63,851 bases of DNA from positions 3,313,856 through 3,377,706 of the forward strand of contig CM119268.1 of assembly GCA_051294375.1 (NCBI GenBank). Reading direction: 5' to 3'. Position numbers and translations under genes: made by a program. The stretch's first letter is position 1. The number at the start of each line of letters is the position of its first letter. The stretch is from Paraspadella gotoi. Lineage: Eukaryota > Animalia > Chaetognatha. This document shows, one piece after another, positions 13,321 to 26,155 of the stretch. The notes under the pieces were generated by a model. The model worked only from the letters and a program-made list of their open reading frames with translations. It was not told the origin of the DNA and searched no databases.

Positions 13321-14939
13321 CTCAAAGATATTAGACTCGATCCGAAGAAAAAGCGGATGGCAATCCCTCTGTCTTTTTATGTCGAGTTTTCATCAGAGCC
13401 TGTCATTATGTCATTATGTCATTGTGTCATTGTGTCATTGTGCCGCTTTTTTTTTAATCAGTTAGACGTTTTTGTTGAGATGTGCGTCAGTCTTTCTTAT
13501 CTTCGTTGTTTGTTAATTTTTTTTGTTTTGTCGCAATTACAAGTACATTTATTGATACATAAAGTAAGGGTAACGATTGACAAGGGCAAATTATAAAATA
13601 CAATAATCTAAACCACATCGTCTTCGTCTCCATGAATTATATGTCTTCGAATTCTTCGTTATCGTCTTCAACTTCTTCGTCGTCTCCTTCTTCCTCCTCC
13701 TTCCTCCTCATACTTCCTCCCTCCTTCCTCCTTCTTCCTCCTCCTCTCTCCTTCCTCCATCCTCCTACTTCCTCCTTCTTCCTCTTGCTTCCTCCTTCTT
13801 CCTCCACTTCTTCTCTTCCTCCTCCCTCCTCCCTCCTCCCTCCTTCCGCCTTCTTCCTTCCTTCTTCTCCTCCCTCCTTCCTCCTTCCTTCTTCCTCCTC
13901 CTCCTCCTCCTCCCTCCTCCCTGCTCCTTCTTCCTCCTCCCTCCTCCCTCCTCCCTCCTCCCTCCTTCTCCTTCCTTCTTCCTCCTCCCTCCTCCCTCCT
14001 CCCTCTCCCTCCTTCCTCCTTCCTCCTCCCTCCTCCCTTCTTCCTCCTCCTCTTTCGCCGTCAAGTACCTGCGGAGAAGCGAGAATCGACTTTGACCTAA
14101 ATCTCTTTAAGCTTTAATGCGAAAACAATTGAGGCGTGTCGTGCGGAAACGTGGCGTGGCCGAGTCTCGCGTGGCGTGGCGTGGCGTGGATAGGACTGAA
14201 GTCGATCGACATGTTGACTACAAATTTGCTGCCTCCCTCTCACGCGACCCTCATTCCTTCCTTAATTTATTTCTGGCATTCCCCGTTTTCTTGCTTCCCT
14301 TTCCTTAGTAACACTTCACTTTTTTAATGTAAACTTGGTAAACTAGAATAAATTTACTTTTTCACCTCCTTATTTTATAACATTTTGTCAGATTGTGCGT
14401 TTTTCACTTTCCCTCCTTATTTTTTCTTTTTCTCTCTTCCCTCTCTCCATCGTCATTCTTTCCTTTCCTCCTTCGTGTCTCCAGCAATTTTCGGAACTTT
14501 ATTGCTATTTAACTTTTCTTTTCCGTTGAAGTTTCTTTTATCAACTTCTCCTCTTTTATTGTAGCGGCTTCATTTATTTCTTTTCTGATCCTTTTATACT
14601 TACATATACTTAAACTTTCAGATAACTCTGTTTGTATATGCCTGTATAAATCTGTAATATAATCTTATACACATTAAACCCCAAAAGTTTTAAACTTCTC
14701 AAACATCTTTTCTTCTCTCTCACCTGACAAGCTTACATCTTCCCCTATCACAATATCAAACCTGCAGTCTATCGTCGACTCTCGTTCTCCCCTCAGTCCC
14801 TCCACCCCCAACTCTCTTACTCTATCCCCCTATCCTCTTTCTATCCTCCCCTATCCCCCTAACCTCTTCCAATCCTTTCCTCCTCTCTTCGTCATTTCGA
14901 GTCGTGAAGCCGTAAATTCTTTCGTCGTTCCACCTGGAT

Positions 14940-15150
14940 GCGTTTCTCTTCCACTCTCAAGCGCTCTCCTTCCCCTTTTAAACGCTCCTTTCCACTCTCA
15001 AGCTCCCGCTATCTATTTTACACGCTCGCTTACCCTTTTAAGAGCTCGCTTCCACTCTCAAACGCTCGTTTCCACTTTCAAGCACCCGCCTTCTCCTTTT
15101 AAGCGCTCTCTTCCCCTTTTTAAGCGCCAACTTCCCTTCTTAAGCGCTAA
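14940..15150 (+). repeat. Degenerate tandem repeat (cttccactctcaagcgctc / cttcccctttta units)
   Basis: Recurring ttccactctcaa and ccctttta(a)gcgc motifs at ~20-nt spacing. Confidence 0.55.
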
Positions 15151-15810
15151 TTTCCTCTCGCCTCAGTTTTCACTTTTTCAAAAGACTGTCGCTCTCCAAT
15201 TGGGCCATTTAAAAAACGCCCAAAGGTTTCTAATGCACATTCCTGGTGAGATATATAGCTTTTCTTTTTTGAATATATCCTTCCACAAGTTTGACCATCC
15301 GCTCACCCCATTTCCCGCCAAATCACTTGATTTACTTTCACTCGGTTCTACTATTCGCCCTACAACCGCTCCATTTCCCCCACTCTCTCTCTCTCTCTCT
15401 CTCTCNNNNNNNNNNNNNNNNNNNNNNNNNNNNNNNNNNNNNNNNNNNNNNNNNNNNNNNNNNNNNNNNNNNNNNNNNNNNNNNNNNNNNNNNNNNNNNN
15501 NNNNNNNNNNNNNNNNNNNNNNNNNNNNNNNNNNNNNNNNCGTCTGGGAAAAAAGTGGAGTGGTCCGATGACTCTTGCGTGAAGATTTGAAATGAGCTTA
15601 AAATGCCCGTAGAAGATTTAACAATNNNNNNNNNNNNNNNNNNNNNNNNNNNNNNNNNNNNNNNNNNNNNNNNNNNNNNNNNNNNNNNNNNNNNNNNNNN
15701 NNNNNNNNNNNNNNNNNNNNNNNNNNNNNNNNNNNNNNNNNNNNNNNNNNNNNNNNNNNNNCGTCTGGGAAAAAAGTGGAGTGGTCCGATGACTCTTGCG
15801 TCAAGATTTG

Positions 15811-15942
15811 AAATGAGCTTAAAATGAGCTTAAAATGAGCTTAAAATGAGCTTAAAATGAGCTTAAAATGAGCTTAAAATGAGCTTAAAATGAGCTTAAA
15901 ATGAGCTTAAAATGAGCTTAAAATGAGCTTAAAATGAGCTTA
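15811..15942 (+). repeat. Perfect 11-bp minisatellite (AAATGAGCTTA)x12
   Basis: Directly visible. The same flanks enclose a single unit at 15541-15625 and a noisy ~11-unit array at ~20708-20826. Confidence 0.95.
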
Positions 15943-16881
15943 AAATGCCCGTAGAAGATTTAACAATTAGCGAGACATAGTCTGACCAAAGTCATTCGAC
16001 AACATCATCAAATTAACGCAANNNNNNNNNNNNNNNNNNNNNNNNNNNNNNNNNNNNNNNNNNNNNNNNNNNNNNNNNNNNNNNNNNNNNNNNNNNNNNN
16101 NNNNNNNNNNNNNNNNNNNNNNNNNNNNNNNNNNNNNNNNNNNNNNNNNNNNNNNNNNNNNNNNNNNNNNNNNNNNNNNNNNNNNNNNNNNNNNNNNNNN
16201 NNNNNNNNNNNNNNNNNNNNNNNNNNNNNNNNNNNNNNNNNNNNNNNNNNNNNNNNNNNNNNNNNNNNNNNNNNNNNNNNAGAGAGAGAGAGAGAGAGAG
16301 CAAAGGGTGGTTGAGGTGGAGGGCTAAGCCAGGAACTTTTCTCATCGAATTCTTTATATTGCCAATTAAACTATGAAATTGGTACAACCAATATAAAATT
16401 ATTCATTCATTTAATAAATAAGCTATCTTGTCCCTGACATTTGTAAAATATAAAGATAAGAAAAATTGCAAGATTACTTGTTTTACTAAATTAGACTTTA
16501 AAATTTTATATTAAAATTTTAAAATAAATGTATATTCTTTTATAATGTAATGGGGAGATGGATGTCAATGTTGTCTTCTGATAAATTTCAAGTTCTTTTG
16601 TATCGTTGGTCATTTCATTTCAATGCTGTTTTTGAATTATAAATGTTTTCATTCAATTACAACAGTAAGTTGAAACAGAGTAACAGATTACCACATAAAA
16701 TTCATAGTTTTACAATTATACCTCTTTCAAAATATTGTACATGGTGTACGATTTTTTTACCTTTTTTTTTCAGCCCTTTTCTTACTTTTATACTTTTACG
16801 TCTTATCACCTCTCTTCTCTTGTCCTCTACCTTTCTATTTCTTTTCTTTTTTTTTCNNNNNNNNNNNNNNNNNNNNNNNNN

Positions 16882-19800
16882 CCAAGAGAGAGTTCCCCTC
16901 AGTCCTCCCACCCCAAACTCAGTCTACTCTATCCCCCTATCGCTCTTCTAAGTCCTCCCCTATCCCCCTAACACTTCAACCTTTCCTCTCTCTTCGTCAT
17001 TTCGAGTCGTGAAGCCGTAAAATTCTTTCGTCGTTCCCTGATGCGTTTCTCTTCCACTCTCAAAGCGCTCTCACTTCCTTTAAACGCTCCTTTCACTCTC
17101 CAAGCTCCCGCTATCTAATATTTACCGCTCGCTTACCCTTTAACGAGCTCGCTTCCACTCTACAAACGCTCAGTTCCACTTTCAAGCACGCCAGCCTCCT
17201 TTAAGCGCTCCTTCTTCCCCTTTCTTATAGCGCCAAACTTCCCTTCTTGAAGCGCTAATTTCCCCCTCCCTTCTCGCCTCCCCCCTCAGTTTTCACTTTT
17301 TCAAAGCGTCGCTCTCCAATTGGAGCCATTAATAAAACGCCAAAGGTTTCTAATCGCACATTCCTGTGAGATATATAGCTTTTCTTTTTTGAATTATATC
17401 CTTACCCTAAGTTTGGAACCTATCGCTCACACCCATTTCCCGCCAAATCAACTATTGATTACTTTCACTCGGTTCTTCTACTAGTTCGCCCCTAACAACC
17501 GCTTCCATTTCCCCACTCTCTCTTTCTCTCTCTCCTTCTCTCTCTCTCTGCTATCTCTTCTCTCTCCTCATAAAAGTCTTGGTCATGTCGTCGCTCAAAA
17601 TGCTGAGCGGAGTTTCTCTTCATCCTTTTCATTATATTGAGCTATAAGAGAAAAATGACACATGAAAACTTTGAAATCTTCTATTCTATTTACTTTCTAT
17701 TTCGTTTCACGGTTCCTTTAATTACATCGATTTACTCGCATGGAGTGCGACAAGAAATGGTTGTCCCGGGATACGTTTCCGGACCTTTGCTACACAAAAA
17801 GGTAATCAATTTTCCTAATGACGATGTTTTTTATAAATGATTTAAAATTAGCCTTATATAAAATCAATAAAGTAGAATAAAAAAAATTTAAAAAGTGTGT
17901 TGTAAATTTTTTTAAAAATACAAAATATCATGCATCATCCCATAATCTATAAACAATTTTTCTTCGTCTTGATTTCCATAACCATTATTCTCTCTTCTAA
18001 TAGTTTATTTGAATTAATTTTTCTTTTATAAAATATTTTTAAATTTTTCTTTCAAATATTTAAATCTAAAAAAAAATATAATACCAAGATTGAAGAAATT
18101 TATATTACAGGATCTTACACCTACCTAATATGAGGCCTCAACAATACATATATAGTTTTATATGATGATGTTGACATAGAAAATAAATATAAAAATTAAA
18201 TATATGAAAAAAATTTTACTCTTGAATTTTTTTTTAGCATAATAACATAATTATTAAATTAATTGTTCATGATGCTTTAAAATAGTACTGGTCAGTTGTA
18301 TCATTCTCAAGTTATAATAATTTTATAACTTTTTTTATTTTGAAGTAATACTCGACTGCTAATTTTACCTAACTTTTTTGACAAATCCAAAAATTACTGG
18401 TATTAAAAATTATGTATCTGAAACAGAGAACGAAAACTTTTTTTAATCACATCTATTTTTGTTTTAACTGATATAATATATCCTTGGACAAAATTTAAAA
18501 ATTTTAAACAATCCCAACTAGACATTTTTAAGCCAAAGTAAGGTTGTTTAAAAAAAACTGCAGATGCAAAAAAGTAATTAAAAAAGTTATTTCTTGAATA
18601 TTTTTGAAAAAAAAAGGTAGCAAGGGTGGGTGTGGTATCAAAATTAAAGCCCAATCATGGGACATTATTTCTAGAACAGTTTTGTTAAATTTTAATCCAT
18701 AAATCTTTACACAGTTTTTATTTAAATACAAGTTAAAAGTAAACAGTTTTTTGCATTACAAATTTCAATGAAGGCATATAAAATTTTTGTTTTTCTTTTG
18801 TAAATTAAAAGAGGAAAGGTCTGATTACATTTTAATTACCATAATTTTCTCTACTTTATAATTTTGCTTGGTATTTTCAGTAAAGAAAAAACAAGCCAAA
18901 AATTTGTAGTAGCTTTGATAAAAGTTTTTTTAAATAATAAAAAATGATAAATAATAAAATGTTTTCAGCTTGATATAAACAGTCGGACGTCTCCTTCTTG
19001 TCTGTGAAAAAAAAATAATCATTTTTCATTACTTTAACTGCAAAGAAAAAGCTTATACTGCTTGTTTTATATAATAAATTTTTTTTAAAAATACTTAACT
19101 GCTGACATATTTGACAAAGCAAGACAATTGTGTGAATTGTATTGATAATTTTCTTTTAAATATACAACCTTTATAGGAATTTTAATTCTATTATTTATCA
19201 TCCATTTTTTATTAGAAAAAAAAATTCGCGAAAAGGTTCATTTTTGAATGACTTAATGATTGATTTTTTAAGGTTTTTCTTTACTGCCCCCATACGCAAG
19301 ACATAAAAGGTCATTATTATCATGTCACTATGTACAGATTTTCTCTTACCCTTTATGCCACCTGAATTGCTGAATTTTCTTTTTTTTCCCTTTCAATGTA
19401 TTAAATTAAAAAAAAATTATAGGAGGACGATCAGCATGGAGGTACCGTTGGTAAGCTTAGTTTACCCCACTTCCCGATCAAATTTTTAAACAAGGTTTTT
19501 TCACTATTCAGACATAAATCTAACTATGGTATATTTATTTTTAATTTTTAAATAAATTCTCTTTCGCGAATCAAAAAACGTTTTGCGTGTCAAAAAATTA
19601 TAGAAAAAAAAGTAAAACGTTTTCAAAAATTAAAAAAATCTATAGAGGATCACTCATACTAACAATATACTGATGTTAATATGTGTAGAAACTTTGATGC
19701 CCACTCAAATAAAAAAAACTGTTAAATATATACTGCTTTCTGTCAATATAAAAAGAGGGCTACTGGAATTAAGTTAAAAACCTACAAAGCAGTCCGAATA

Positions 19801-21660
19801 TCAATTTATACATTTACAACCTTAAAAATGTTAGTTGGGATTTGTTTAAAACTTTTTAAAATTTGTCATGGACAATATTATATCAGTTCACAACAATTAA
19901 ATAGCATGTGATTTAAAAAAAAAATTTTCGTCTGTTTCATACATAATTTTTAATACCAGTAATTTTTTTGATTTTTGAAAAGTAAGTAAATATAGCAGTC
20001 AGTATTACTAAAAATAAAAAAAGTATAAAATTTTATAATGAGAATGATACAACTGACATAGCTTAAAAGCATCATGAACAATTATTAATAATTATGTTTT
20101 TGCTAAAAAAAATTCAAAGTTAAAATTTTTTTCATATATTTAATTTTATAAATATTATTTTCCTATGTCAAAACATCATTATAATGAACTTACTATATAT
20201 GTATTTGAGCCTATATTAGGTAGGTAAAAGTCCCTTATAATAAAAATTTTTCTTCAATCATTGCAAGTTTATTTTTTAATTTAATTATTTGAAATAAATT
20301 AAAATAATATTTTATAAAGAAAAATTAATTACAAATAATAAAAAAGATAGAATAATGTTATGGACTCAAACGAAAGAAATTGTTCATAGATTATGGTGAT
20401 GCATGATATTTTCATTTTTTAAAAAAATTTAAACCATTTTTAAATTTTTTTTATTCTACTTTATTGATTTTATATAGCTAATTTTTAATTAATTTATAAA
20501 AAACTGTCATTAGGAAAATTTGATTACCTTTTTTTTGTGTAGCCCAAAGGTCGGAAACGTATCCCGGACATCTCATTCTTGTGCACTCCATGCCGAGTAA
20601 TCGATGTAAAAGGAACCGTGTTTCTTTTCTGAGAAAATCGCGACAAATTTGTACGGGCGCGTCTGGGAAAAAAGTGGAGTGTCCGATGACTCTTGCGTCA
20701 AGATTTGAAATGAGCTTAAAATGAGCTTAAAATGACTTAAATGAGCTTTAAAATGAGCTTAAAATGAGCTTAAAATAGCTTAAAATGAGCTTAAAATGAG
20801 CTTAAAATGAGCTAAATGAGCTTAAATGCCCGTAGAAGATTTAACATCAGCGAGACATAGTCTGACCAAAGTCATTCGACAACATCATCAAATTAACGCA
20901 TGTTCCTTACTCTCACTTTCCCTTACCTTTAATTCGTCCCCGTCCTACTTTTTCTCTCCTAATTAATTCCTTTCATTAAAGTCGCTGGAGACGAAACAGC
21001 TTCGGCCAGTCTGGACTTCGAAGGGGAATGAGCGAGGGAAGAGAGAGAGACAGGGAGAGAGAGAGGAGAAGAGATGAGAGGGAAGGGAGAGCAAAGGGTG
21101 GTTGAGGTGGAGGTAAGCCAGGAACTTTTCTCATCGAATTCTTTATATTGCCAATTATTAATTTACTTAGAAATTGGTAACAACAATATAAAATTATTCA
21201 TTCATTTAATAATTAAGCTTCTTGTCCCTGACATTTGTAAAATTATAAGAGATAAGAAAAATTGCAAGATTAACTCTATGTATTTAAATTAGACTTTTAA
21301 AAATTATATTAAATTTTAAAATATAATGTATATTCTTTTATATAATGTAAGGGGAGTATGGATGTCAATGTTAGTCTTCTGATAAAATTCAATTCTTTTG
21401 TAATAACGATTTGGTCATATTCATTTCAATGCATGATATTTTGAATTATAAATGTTTTATTCAATTTACAAACAGTAAGTTGTGAACAGAAGAAGTAACA
21501 GATTACACATAAATCATAGTTTTACAATTTACCTCTTTCAAATTTGATACATGGATTGTTACGATTTTTTACCTTTTTTTTTTTTCACCCTTTCTTACTT
21601 TATACTTTTAGTTTACCACCTCTCTCTTGTCCTCTACCTTTCCTATTTCTTTTCTTTTTT
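16882..21660 (+). other. Noisy long-read duplicate of 14790-16856 (assembly over-fill) that also carries a 2.9-kb insertion
   Basis: 16890-17570 matches 14790-15405, 20660-20900 matches 15762-16021, and 21085-21660 matches 16298-16856, all with scattered indels. The block follows a 25-N gap. Confidence 0.85.
17708..20620. mobile_element. Non-autonomous DNA transposon with ~830-bp terminal inverted repeats and CACGG...CCGTG termini (CMC-type: Chapaev/EnSpm-like)
   Basis: Left arm CACGGTTCCTTTAATTACATCGATTTACTCGCATGGAGTGC... (17708 to ~18535) is the reverse complement of the right arm (~19820-20620, ...CATGCCGAGTAATCGATGTAAAAGGAACCGTG). A ~1.3-kb unique AT-rich spacer lies between them, with an abrupt composition change at both ends and TTT on both flanks. 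CAC...GTG termini are established for CMC and Transib superfamilies; the exact family is inference. Confidence 0.8.
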
Positions 21661-21819
21661 TCTATTCTTTTCCAGGCCTTCCTAATCGTCAATCTTGGCC
21701 TACACAACCAGCTTCTCCTTTCCTTACACTTTATCGCTCTCCTCTTTTGCTTCCTCCCACGGCCTCGTTTCCCGCCCTTTTTTCCCTTTCAATTCTTATC
21801 CTCTCCCTCTCCCCATTTA

Positions 21820-22240
21820 TTTTTCACACTCCCTCCTCCCCCCATCCTCTCCTCTTCCCCATTATTCACACACTCTCCCTCCCCCACTCTCTCTCCTCCC
21901 CCATTTTCACACTCCCCTCCTCTCCATCCCTCTCCCTCCCTTCATTTTCACACCCCACTCTCCCCTTCCCATCCCCCTCCTTCATTTTCACACTCCCCCC
22001 CGCCCCATCCCTCTCCCCTCCCCATCCTCTCATTCTTCCCCATTTTCACACACTCCCCCTCCTCATCCTCTCTCCCTCCCTTCATTTTCACATCCTCCCC
22101 ATCCCTCTTCCCCCTCCCTTATTTTCACACTCCCCCCTCCCCACCCTCTCCCCTCCCCCATCCTCTCATCTTCCCCCATTTTCACACTCTCCCCCCTCCC
22201 CATCCCTTCATTTTCCCCATTTTCACACTCTCCCCCCATC
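21820..22240 (+). repeat. C-rich minisatellite with core cattttcacactccc(c)ctccccatccctctcccc (~30-45 bp units)
   Basis: About 10 recurrences of attttcacactc, each followed by a pyrimidine tract. Confidence 0.85.
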
Positions 22241-22419
22241 CTCCCCTACGATGCCGAGTGAATAAAACAGACTTTTTTTTTCCGTCGGGAGATTTAATCG
22301 CGAGAAATTCTGAGGAAGAAACAGGAGAAATATATACGAAGTCGTTAAATAGACGAGGATAAACAAACAAACACCAAAAAATGGAAAAAGACATAACTCA
22401 CGATGGTTGCGATACGAGA

Positions 22420-22700
22420 GAAGCATGGCTGGGCGTGTCAAGGATGCGGTATTTGAATGACATGGCGACCGTTGCATGGCATTCTAACTTAGTGGTGCTG
22501 ACGTGGCAAACGTTGCATGGCATAGAAACTTGAAGGCACTCACTTGGCAACTGTAGTATGACATGGAAACTTAATGGAATCCGTGGCATGGCAAGTAAAC
22601 TTGATGACATTGGCGTGGTAAACGTAGCATGGCACTGAAAAGAAAATCGAAGCATGGCATGGAAACTTAATGGCACTAACAGGAAATCGCATGGCTCCGT
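22420..22700 (+). repeat. Degenerate tandem repeat with GCATGGCA core
   Basis: Recurring (g)catggca(tgg)aaactt motifs at ~20-25 nt spacing. Confidence 0.55.
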
Positions 22701-23261
22701 AAGAACCCAAGGCAGCTCCGCGAGAAACTAAAATGGCGCCGCAAAGAGGCAAATTGGCGCCGCACCGCAGCGCGCCAGCCCGTACCTCATAGACGCAGAA
22801 TCGAAGCTGCAATAAAACAGCAACGACCGCGATGGAGACTGTTAAGACGTCGATTACCTGGGGGGAAGGAGGAAAGGAGGAAAGACGAGGAGGAAAGGAG
22901 GAAGGCGAGGAGGAAAGGAGGAAGACGAGGAGGAAAGGGGGAAAGACGAGGAGGAAAGGAGGAAAGACGAGGAGGAAAGGAGGAAGACGAGGAGGAAAGA
23001 AAGAAGACGAGGAGGAAAGGAGGAAGACGAGGAAGAAAGGAGGAAGACGAGGAGGAAAGGAGGAAAGGAGGAAAGACGAGGAGGAAAGGAGAAAGGCGAG
23101 GAGGAAAGGAGGAAGTCGAGGAGGAAAGACGAGGAGGACGACGACAATGAAGAAGACGACGTCGAAGACGAAGATGACGAAGACGACGAGGAAGACGATG
23201 ACGACGACGACGAGGAAGACGATTTATTTATTTATAAAACATTTATAAAACATTTATAAAA

Positions 23262-23548
23262 CGTTTATAAAACATTTCCTTTTATTGATGAATTAAAAGT
23301 TTCCTCCTATAAGCAACATTGTCTCAAATCGCAGTTTTTAACTTCGTCTTCGTGGTTTTCATAATTTCCTGAGTTTTCGACGAGGGAGGAGGTTCGTCTT
23401 TCTCATCGTCATCATCTTCCTCGTCGTCGTCAAAAATTCGGGAAATTCTGTGAACCACAAAGAAAAAGTTAAAAACTGCAATTTGAGACAATGTTGCTTA
23501 TAAGAGGAAACGTTTAATTCATCAATAAAAGGAAATGTTTTATAAACG
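23262..23548. mobile_element. MITE-like 287-bp inverted repeat (arms ~120 bp)
   Basis: Left arm cgtttataaaacatttccttttattgatgaattaaaagtttcctcctataagcaacattgtctcaaatcgcagtttttaac... pairs with right arm ...gttaaaaactgcaatttgagacaatgttgcttataagaggaaacgtttaattcatcaataaaaggaaatgttttataaacg, with few mismatches in the outer ~80 bp. It lies in clean sequence. Confidence 0.75.
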
Positions 23549-23944
23549 AAAAAATGTATTAATTAAAATAAAACCAAGTTGTTGGTTGAACTCGATCGAT
23601 TTTCATTTGCCTTTCTTTTCGGTTTTCGATGGATGGAAGCTTTTTCGTCGAGAAATTAATGAAAACTAATAATTGTGCCGAGCGGAGGAGAAATAATGAA
23701 GAGTTTCAATCTCACTCAGAGTGTCTCTCTCTCTCTCTCTCTGTCTTTGTCTCTGTCTCTCTCCGTTTTTAGTTGGTTGTTGTTATTGAGGCCGGCACTG
23801 ATGGAACTTTGGCTAATGGTTCTCTCTTTTTTCTTCTTTTTTTTTTTTTTTTGCATTTAAGAACTTGAAGAAAGCAATAAAATCTAGACTTGTTCTAAAT
23901 TTCATTATAAATTTAGACCGAAACAGTGAAATCTGATAACTTCA

Positions 23945-24012
23945 AGTACTAGTCTCGAACCTGCAACCTGGAAATGCCTCGAACAAGACTCAACCAAACT
24001 CGCCACAAAGGC
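23945..24012 (-). mobile_element. tRNA-derived SINE-like head (Pol III A and B boxes)
   Basis: Minus strand gcctttgTGGCGAGTTTGGttgagtc...ggttgcaGGTTCGAGACtagtac gives A-box and B-box at tRNA-like spacing. It does not form a convincing full cloverleaf. Confidence 0.45.
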
Positions 24013-24316
24013 GGTGCCCGACGGATTTCGATCCGAGTGGCGCATTAGCTTCGCTGTCGGCGATTCGCCCGGGAAATTCCCGACGACGGTGACGCATTGC
24101 CCAATTCCCTCTCGCTCTCTCGCTCTCTCGCTCTCTCGCTCACTCGCTCACTCGCTCTCTCGCTCTCTCACTCTCTCGCTCTCTGGCTCTCTCTCTCTCT
24201 CGCTCTCTCTCTCTCTCTCGCTCTCACTTAGCTTGCCAATAATGTTGTAAACATTCCTCGGCTGATGTTGATATGAAAACGCGGAAACCCAAAAGTCGAA
24301 CAAACTTTTGGTAGGT

Positions 24317-24453
<137 letters not shown>

Positions 24454-25385
24454 AAGCACCGCAAATACAGCGATCACAACATCAACTACGACACCGTTGT
24501 TAATGTAAGAAGGAAACTCCGAATTACGCGACGTCACGAATCTCATCCTCAAAACGCGTTTCTTCCCCAAAGCGTCAACGGATCGTATTCTCAAAAATCA
24601 CCCCGGCCATGAGTTTCGGATGCAAATCGGAGGAATGGGCGAAGCTAAGGCGGAGGTGGCGGCGGCAGGCGGCGGCGGCGAGACGGCGGAAGCGGCGCCA
24701 TAAAAAGAACAAGGCGTCGAACGAGCGGGCGACGCCTCTTCCGTCGCTGCCGACAACAACAACAACAACAACAACAACAACAGCGAAGCGAACGGAGAAC
24801 TAATAGTCGAACGAGGAAGGAGGAAAATCGATAGAGGGGAGGAAGAGGAAGAGATGGAAGAATGGGGAGGAAGAGGAGAAAAGGAGGAAGAGAAGGAAGA
24901 AGAAGAGATGGAGGAATGGGGGAGAAAGAGGAGGAAAGGAGAATGGGAGGAAGAGATGGAGGAATGAGGAGGAAGAGGAGAAAAGAAGGAAGGGGAGGAA
25001 GAGGAAGAGATGGAAAATGGAGGAGGAAAGGAGGAAGGGGAGAAAGAGGAAGAGATGAAGGCATGGGGAGGAAGAGGAGGAAAGGAGGAAGAGTTGGAGG
25101 AAAGAGGGAAGAAAGGAAGGACTGCAAGCGGAGATGAGAAAGGTAGGAAAAGAAGAAAGAAATGGGAGGAAATGATGGGAATAGAAAAGAAAAAAAAAGG
25201 AAACAGAGAAGAAGGAAGAGAAAAAAGAAGAAGTATGAAAGGTAAAGAAGAAAAGAAAGAACGTAGGAAGAAAGTAAAGAAAAAAACTGAAAAAAAAGGA
25301 AAGAGAAAGGAAAGAAAAGAAAAAAGGAGGAAAAATGAAGTAAAAACCGAGAGAGATTTATGGAAAGGGAGAAGAGTGGAATTCT

Positions 25386-25441
<56 letters not shown>

Positions 25442-25604
25442 TCATGCAGAGAGCGAGAGAAAAATAGAGAGCGATCGAGCGTGAGAGAGCGAGTTAGTTT
25501 TTCTGCTGACGCCCACGAATTTAATTGACCAAAGCTGTGACGTTGGATCTCACTCTCTCTCCCTCTCTCTCTTTTGGTGAGAGTCATCTTATAGGAAAGG
25601 GAGA

Positions 25605-25666
<62 letters not shown>

Positions 25667-26030
25667 TTATTAATCTCTTTTTTTATTGGAAATGACAAAA
25701 TGTTTTTCCATGACGGTATTATTCACGAGATATTCAATACTTAATTCGCTATTTAACATTACCGACACACAAAGGCTGGAGTTTTTAATAATGATTTTAT
25801 TAATAATTTTATTATATCAGAGAAATAATTTTTGTTTACAATTTTTGCCTGTCGTTTAATATAAAAGAATGATTGGGAAAAAAAACATTGTTTTCAAACA
25901 CCAATTTTTTCGCCATTAAAAGGGAAATTTAAAATTCATGAGAATTTAAGGCTGGCGACGAGACAATCAGAAGAAATTATTTGCTTTTTTCGTTATGCGA
26001 GAGAGATAGACATAGAGAGAGAGAGAGCGA

Positions 26031-26155
<125 letters not shown>

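Noticed and set aside
15811-15942. CRISPR-like array
   Set aside because: Head-to-tail 11-mers with no unique spacers, eukaryotic context and no cas genes.
24598-25698. Long ORFs (366 aa and 266 aa; similarly 21544-22362, 13632-14117, 56996-57521)
   Set aside because: These are translations of purine/pyrimidine-biased simple repeats that lack stop codons for compositional reasons. No domain signal.
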